Source of the DNA: Parcubacteria group bacterium
Lineage (GTDB): Bacteria; Patescibacteriota; Minisyncoccia; Moranbacterales; GCA-2747515
DNA length: 64,000 nt
Direction of reading: 5' to 3'
Assembly: GCA_041660065.1 (NCBI GenBank)
Contig: JBAZXC010000002.1
Span: forward strand, 25,084-89,083
The translations under genes and the position numbers were made by a program. Positions within the stretch are counted from its first letter, which is position 1. Every line of letters starts with the position of its first letter. Of the stretch, positions 60,220 to 64,000 are shown one piece after another. A model generated the notes under the pieces. It was not told the origin of the DNA. It made no database searches and saw only the letters and a program-made list of their open reading frames with translations.

Positions 60220-62703
60220 TTATTTGACGAGTTCTTGTGTCCACGTCGGCACAGGCGATACCTGTGTTTGATCATTTGCATATTGCCACTCTTTCCACTT
60301 TTCATCCGTCAACCGTTCGCCGATTGGATGTGTGAATTCATAATATGCATACACCAACCCCTTGGTCAGACGCACACCGTTTGCATCTTTGACCGCGACA
60401 TAGATATAATTTGGGATCCCTGTTGCTTCATAGAGGATCTCCCCCGAAATCATATCCGTATGCACATCTGCAATGAGTGCCGCACGTGCTTGGTCTTCTG
60501 TACCGTCTTCACCCGGCAGTGGACGGATCACGCTATTGAGTTGTGCCGGCTCCCTGCGCAATCGCTCAAACTCGTCATCGCTGATCGTTTGATTTGCCAA
60601 TTCTTTAACCGCAATGTCGCGGAAAAAATTTACACTCGCGACAAAACTATCCGTACGTCCGACAAACTCATTTGGCAATAATTGTCGACTTTCCAAACCG
60701 GTACGCGTCATCTTTGTCAAAGCCAGTAAGCGATCATAAAACTCGATATTTGGCTCGACATACCCCTTCGGCACAGGTGGTGGCGTCTCCTCATTGAATC
60801 CCGCGCCCATTTCCGCATAGGATTGTTTTGCATAGAGAAGCGTATCGTGCTTAAGCTCTGTCCATGAGCCAAGTGCGCTCTGCAGGTTCTTTTTGTCCCA
60901 CTGCGCGCTTTGCACAAACATCGGATATCCTGCGAGATTCTCATGATTTCTAAAGAGCGACGTGATCGTATACAACCATGACCAATAAATATTTTGCGTC
61001 CATGCCTTATCATCAAGTGCGCCAAAATGTTGTTCCAGTTGACCCATTTTTTTTGCAAGAACATTTTTTGATGCGGGCGCATTTTGTGCGATCCACTGAT
61101 CCGTAAGTGGTTGCGCCGTATCATTGCCCAATACCGTCATCACCTGCAATGCCGTCGGCATTGATGGCAATTTCTCACCTGTTTCCGGATCCGGCTTTTC
61201 ATCACCTTGTGTCAATGTGGAAAAGACAAATGCGTCCGGCGTAAACCTCTGTCCCATGAAACGGAAACCTTTGGTGGTGTTTTGCAATTCTTCCTTTGTC
61301 ATATCTGTCACTTTTTGACCCACGGCAACCGATGACATAATTTGTGGATTTTTATAATTCTTCATTTTCTCTTGCATCTTGGCGATGCTCACCGTATCAA
61401 ATGCGATATTTTTGCCAAAAACCTGCTCCATCGCACCGGCATATTCCGTGATGCCCAAGTCGTCGCTCTCCCCGACAAAAAATGCTGTCGGGATATAGAT
61501 ATCGTCCCATGCCTTACGCAACTGCGCGTCCTGCATCATGAGCGTGATATTCATCGCATCCCGCGTCAATTCCGGACTGCTTGCCAACAAGTTCTGTCGC
61601 CCATACCACATCATTGCACGAAAGTAGGTGCGAAGTACAGCATTTTTATTGTAATGACTACGCGGACCAAACTGCGTGTAATCCTCCGGCATCGCAACAC
61701 CCTGCGCCTGGCGATACGCGCCATACAACGGTGAATCTTGTATTTCTTTTGCCGCCATGATCAATGTAATCTCCGCCTTTGCATCATTGTATGATCTTTC
61801 CGGAATGGATGCACGACGCTTCTCCACATTTGCCATGATCCGCTCTGCTGCGTCACTCTGCGTATTGGTAAAATTCTCAGCAGAAAAATCCTCATACGCA
61901 GATTCCAAAATTGCCGTCGGCACCAAGAAGTATGCGATCAGACGTTGGTAACTCTCTTTCTTATCCTGTTCATTGCTCTTGTTGTATGCCGTAATTGAAT
62001 TCTCGAGAAGTGTCTGACTCAATGTGACCAAGCGTGGATAAAATTCTTTTTGTTCGATGTATTCGAATTCTTTTTCCAATAACCGATGATACACATGCAA
62101 CAGATAATCACTGCTCACGAACACCGCATTTTCCGGCAGACGCCCTCCCGCATCCCATGCGCCTCCGATCTCATCATACAACTGCGTCCAATCATCCGTG
62201 CGCATACTGATCGCTTTCGGATCATCGCCAAAAAACCGATCTGTATTTTTTTGTATGAAAAAATAACTTTTTTCCAATGCGGTCTTTTGCTCTGCGCTAA
62301 ACGCCTTTTTGGTTGCTTTTTCAAATGCACCGAGATTTGGCAGTTCTTTCACAGCGATCGTATATGATGGCACTTGCGCAACATACGGCGTCTCCTCCAG
62401 TTCAAACGGCGCAAAAACAAATTTACTGGACGTCATAAAAGGCACTTCTCCCTGTCCGGTCACCGCACCGGAGGTGACATCCTTGTCGGTCGATCCTCCA
62501 TCATTCACAGTTCCCTGATCGCTTCTTTGTATAAAAAAGTAATACGCAAAGCCAAACGAAACCATGCACAAAAAAACAATACTCCCGACGATAATAGCTA
62601 CGCGCATCCGTGATGACTTTTGTGTTTCCGCAGGCTGTTGCACACCTTGCTCGTTCTCGTTCATATTTTTTGTATTACATTTTATATGTGCATTATACCA
62701 CAT
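60220..62703 (-). CDS. Large membrane-anchored extracytoplasmic protein, function unknown
   Basis: N-terminal TM helix (VAIIVGSIVFLCMVSFGFAYYFFI) and an 800 aa soluble domain with no recognised motif. Confidence 0.4.
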   Translation of the reverse strand: MWYNAHIKCNTKNMNENEQGVQQPAETQKSSRMRVAIIVGSIVFLCMVSFGFAYYFFIQRSDQGTVNDGGSTDKDVTSGAVTGQGEVPFMTSSKFVFAPFELEETPYVAQVPSYTIAVKELPNLGAFEKATKKAFSAEQKTALEKSYFFIQKNTDRFFGDDPKAISMRTDDWTQLYDEIGGAWDAGGRLPENAVFVSSDYLLHVYHRLLEKEFEYIEQKEFYPRLVTLSQTLLENSITAYNKSNEQDKKESYQRLIAYFLVPTAILESAYEDFSAENFTNTQSDAAERIMANVEKRRASIPERSYNDAKAEITLIMAAKEIQDSPLYGAYRQAQGVAMPEDYTQFGPRSHYNKNAVLRTYFRAMMWYGRQNLLASSPELTRDAMNITLMMQDAQLRKAWDDIYIPTAFFVGESDDLGITEYAGAMEQVFGKNIAFDTVSIAKMQEKMKNYKNPQIMSSVAVGQKVTDMTKEELQNTTKGFRFMGQRFTPDAFVFSTLTQGDEKPDPETGEKLPSMPTALQVMTVLGNDTAQPLTDQWIAQNAPASKNVLAKKMGQLEQHFGALDDKAWTQNIYWSWLYTITSLFRNHENLAGYPMFVQSAQWDKKNLQSALGSWTELKHDTLLYAKQSYAEMGAGFNEETPPPVPKGYVEPNIEFYDRLLALTKMTRTGLESRQLLPNEFVGRTDSFVASVNFFRDIAVKELANQTISDDEFERLRREPAQLNSVIRPLPGEDGTEDQARAALIADVHTDMISGEILYEATGIPNYIYVAVKDANGVRLTKGLVYAYYEFTHPIGERLTDEKWKEWQYANDQTQVSPVPTWTQELVK

Positions 62704-62807
62704 CAGAAAGCACTAAATTGAGAATTTTTCACGCAACACAACATTCATTTTTTTAAATCGCTGTACAAACATTTGAAAACCGAGAGAGAATACCGTTTCA
62801 AAATACA

Positions 62808-62840
62808 AAAAAAGGGCTCCAAGCAACACTCAGAGCCCTC
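62808..62840. terminator. Hairpin agggctccaagcaacactcagagccct followed on the minus strand by a T-run
   Basis: 7 bp stem with a tttttttgtatttt tail on the minus strand. 3' of the small basic protein gene. Confidence 0.55.
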
Positions 62841-62861
62841 CATTTCAGCGGATTTTTCCGC

Positions 62862-63101
62862 CTACTTTTTCTTTCTTTTCTTTTTTTTCTTACCGAACGT
62901 AAAGTTCAACGCTCCCCGGACAGCACCTTCTACGACACTCTTGGAGAACACATACGCTTCCGTGTTTGATATGCCGGTCAGACGGGCAAAGCGCTTAATG
63001 CTTTTCTTCACCCGTTTGGGATCAAAGGTGTCGACACCCTCATCCTTCATTTCACCTTTGACATAGCGCCACGCGATTTCGTTCCGTCTTTTTTTCTTCA
63101 A
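62862..63101 (-). CDS. Small, highly basic protein (Lys-rich tails), unknown function
   Basis: 79 aa, beginning MKKKRRNE and ending KKKKKRKKK. Followed by a terminator hairpin. No confident family assignment. Confidence 0.35.
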   Translation of the reverse strand: MKKKRRNEIAWRYVKGEMKDEGVDTFDPKRVKKSIKRFARLTGISNTEAYVFSKSVVEGAVRGALNFTFGKKKKKRKKK

Positions 63102-63188
63102 AACATACCTCCATTATATTTTTGAAAAAATTACCCTGTCCTTTGACCACCAAAGAACGACTTATCGTATCACAGAAAACGCATTTCG

Positions 63189-63641
63189 TCAATCATGCGC
63201 AAAGACTCTTGCCAAAAAGATCATACCGATTGGCAAAATGATCATTTGCATGACGGGAAGAAGCCCCACATGCGCCACTGGGATCAGTGGCATTGCGCTA
63301 TTATACACCCACCGCCCTTGTGCAAGCGCGAGCTTTTCAACAAGAACGGCAAGTGCACATCCTACAAAAACACAATATAAAAATATCCACATATTTCGTT
63401 GCATCACCCACCGCACATCACGAAATATCATTGCACCGAAAAGATAGCCGATACCCACGATTACCACATCCCCAAGAGACGCCCTGACATGCACGATGAT
63501 AAATTCATAGAGACCCTGATAATGCGGGGCATATAAAAACGACTGACCCATCTCCCATAGAAGGTTTACCACCAAAACAATAGCAAAGATCATTCCGTAT
63601 GTTTTGATCTTTGTATATCTCATCTCATTGATCTTTGTCAT
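63189..63641 (-). CDS. Hypothetical integral membrane protein
   Basis: Four predicted TM helices. 150 aa. Confidence 0.4.
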   Translation of the reverse strand: MTKINEMRYTKIKTYGMIFAIVLVVNLLWEMGQSFLYAPHYQGLYEFIIVHVRASLGDVVIVGIGYLFGAMIFRDVRWVMQRNMWIFLYCVFVGCALAVLVEKLALAQGRWVYNSAMPLIPVAHVGLLPVMQMIILPIGMIFLARVFAHD

Positions 63642-63994
63642 TTTTTCATGTCATCCAATTTCATCCGCAGCGCTATCTCAAATTTTTGTATGATCCTCTG
63701 TTCTTCTTCATCAGTAAACTCTGTATTGCCATCCACACTGACCAGGAGGAAATAGTCCGGCACAGACACATCATCCTGCATGTACGAAGGAAAATGATCA
63801 AGCTTATACGCATGCCCGCCATACTCGAACGAGATCAGTTCGCCATTGAATTTTCTTTCTCTTTCCTGTATTTCTAGATTGTGTATATCGGAAACTATTT
63901 TCTGCGCTTCCTGCGCCAATACTTCTACACCCATATCAAACGCCGCCTCCCGCCCTTCCGCCAATCGTTCTTCTGACGGCTTAACAAACCCCAT
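63638..63994 (-). CDS. Hypothetical acidic protein
   Basis: 118 aa ORF with an ATGA overlap with the downstream membrane protein gene. Confidence 0.35.
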   Translation of the reverse strand: MGFVKPSEERLAEGREAAFDMGVEVLAQEAQKIVSDIHNLEIQERERKFNGELISFEYGGHAYKLDHFPSYMQDDVSVPDYFLLVSVDGNTEFTDEEEQRIIQKFEIALRMKLDDMKK

Positions 63995-64000
63995 TTTTTT

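Noticed and set aside
62862-63101. Assignment of the small basic protein as a ribosomal protein (S21/L35-like)
   Set aside because: Lys-rich termini are suggestive, but I cannot match the core sequence to any ribosomal protein family from memory. Left as hypothetical.

Overview
This window reads like a Candidate Phyla Radiation (Patescibacteria)-type bacterial genome: genes are short and tightly packed, and all but four (zur-znuABC) sit on the minus strand. Housekeeping genes are a DEAD-box helicase, gatCA, ligA, recA, rodZ-like, ftsK, an ECF sigma/anti-sigma pair, mscL, a P-type ATPase and a divergent zur-znuABC operon. There is also a small tRNA cluster (Asp-GTC and two CAT-anticodon tRNAs) with GIY-YIG and four-helix-bundle proteins. 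The outstanding feature is a roughly 32 kb co-directional supercluster from about 41.8 kb down to 9.6 kb. It starts with a type IV pilus machine (pilM, pilN-like, pilO-like, pilB, an orphan CheY receiver, pilT, pilC) and a canonical major pilin at 34.4 kb. About 20 kb of glycan genes follow. These comprise two tandem GT-C (PMT/ArnT-like) membrane glycosyltransferases, a GtrB-like polyprenol-phosphate sugar synthase, GT4 and GT2 enzymes (two of them a recent tandem duplicate) and a split Wzx-like flippase. They also include four FkbM-family and three class I methyltransferases, an AsnB-like PP-loop amidotransferase, a CapA-like metallophosphatase and a duplicated gene fragment. The cluster ends with a second Cys-rich pilin, a prepilin peptidase, three pseudopilins and a LamG/ConA-like putative tip protein. 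I infer a pilin (or surface-protein) O-glycosylation island embedded inside the pilus locus, with a markedly AT-rich, probably horizontally acquired core. Smaller oddities are a 24 bp perfect palindrome abutting tRNA-Asp, a 67 bp tandem duplication at a tRNA 5' boundary and a TCTAAA motif array upstream of ligA. ATTCCC-N-GGGAAT hairpins, a 20 bp inverted repeat upstream of the ECF sigma gene and a Fur-box-like palindrome in front of zur complete the list.
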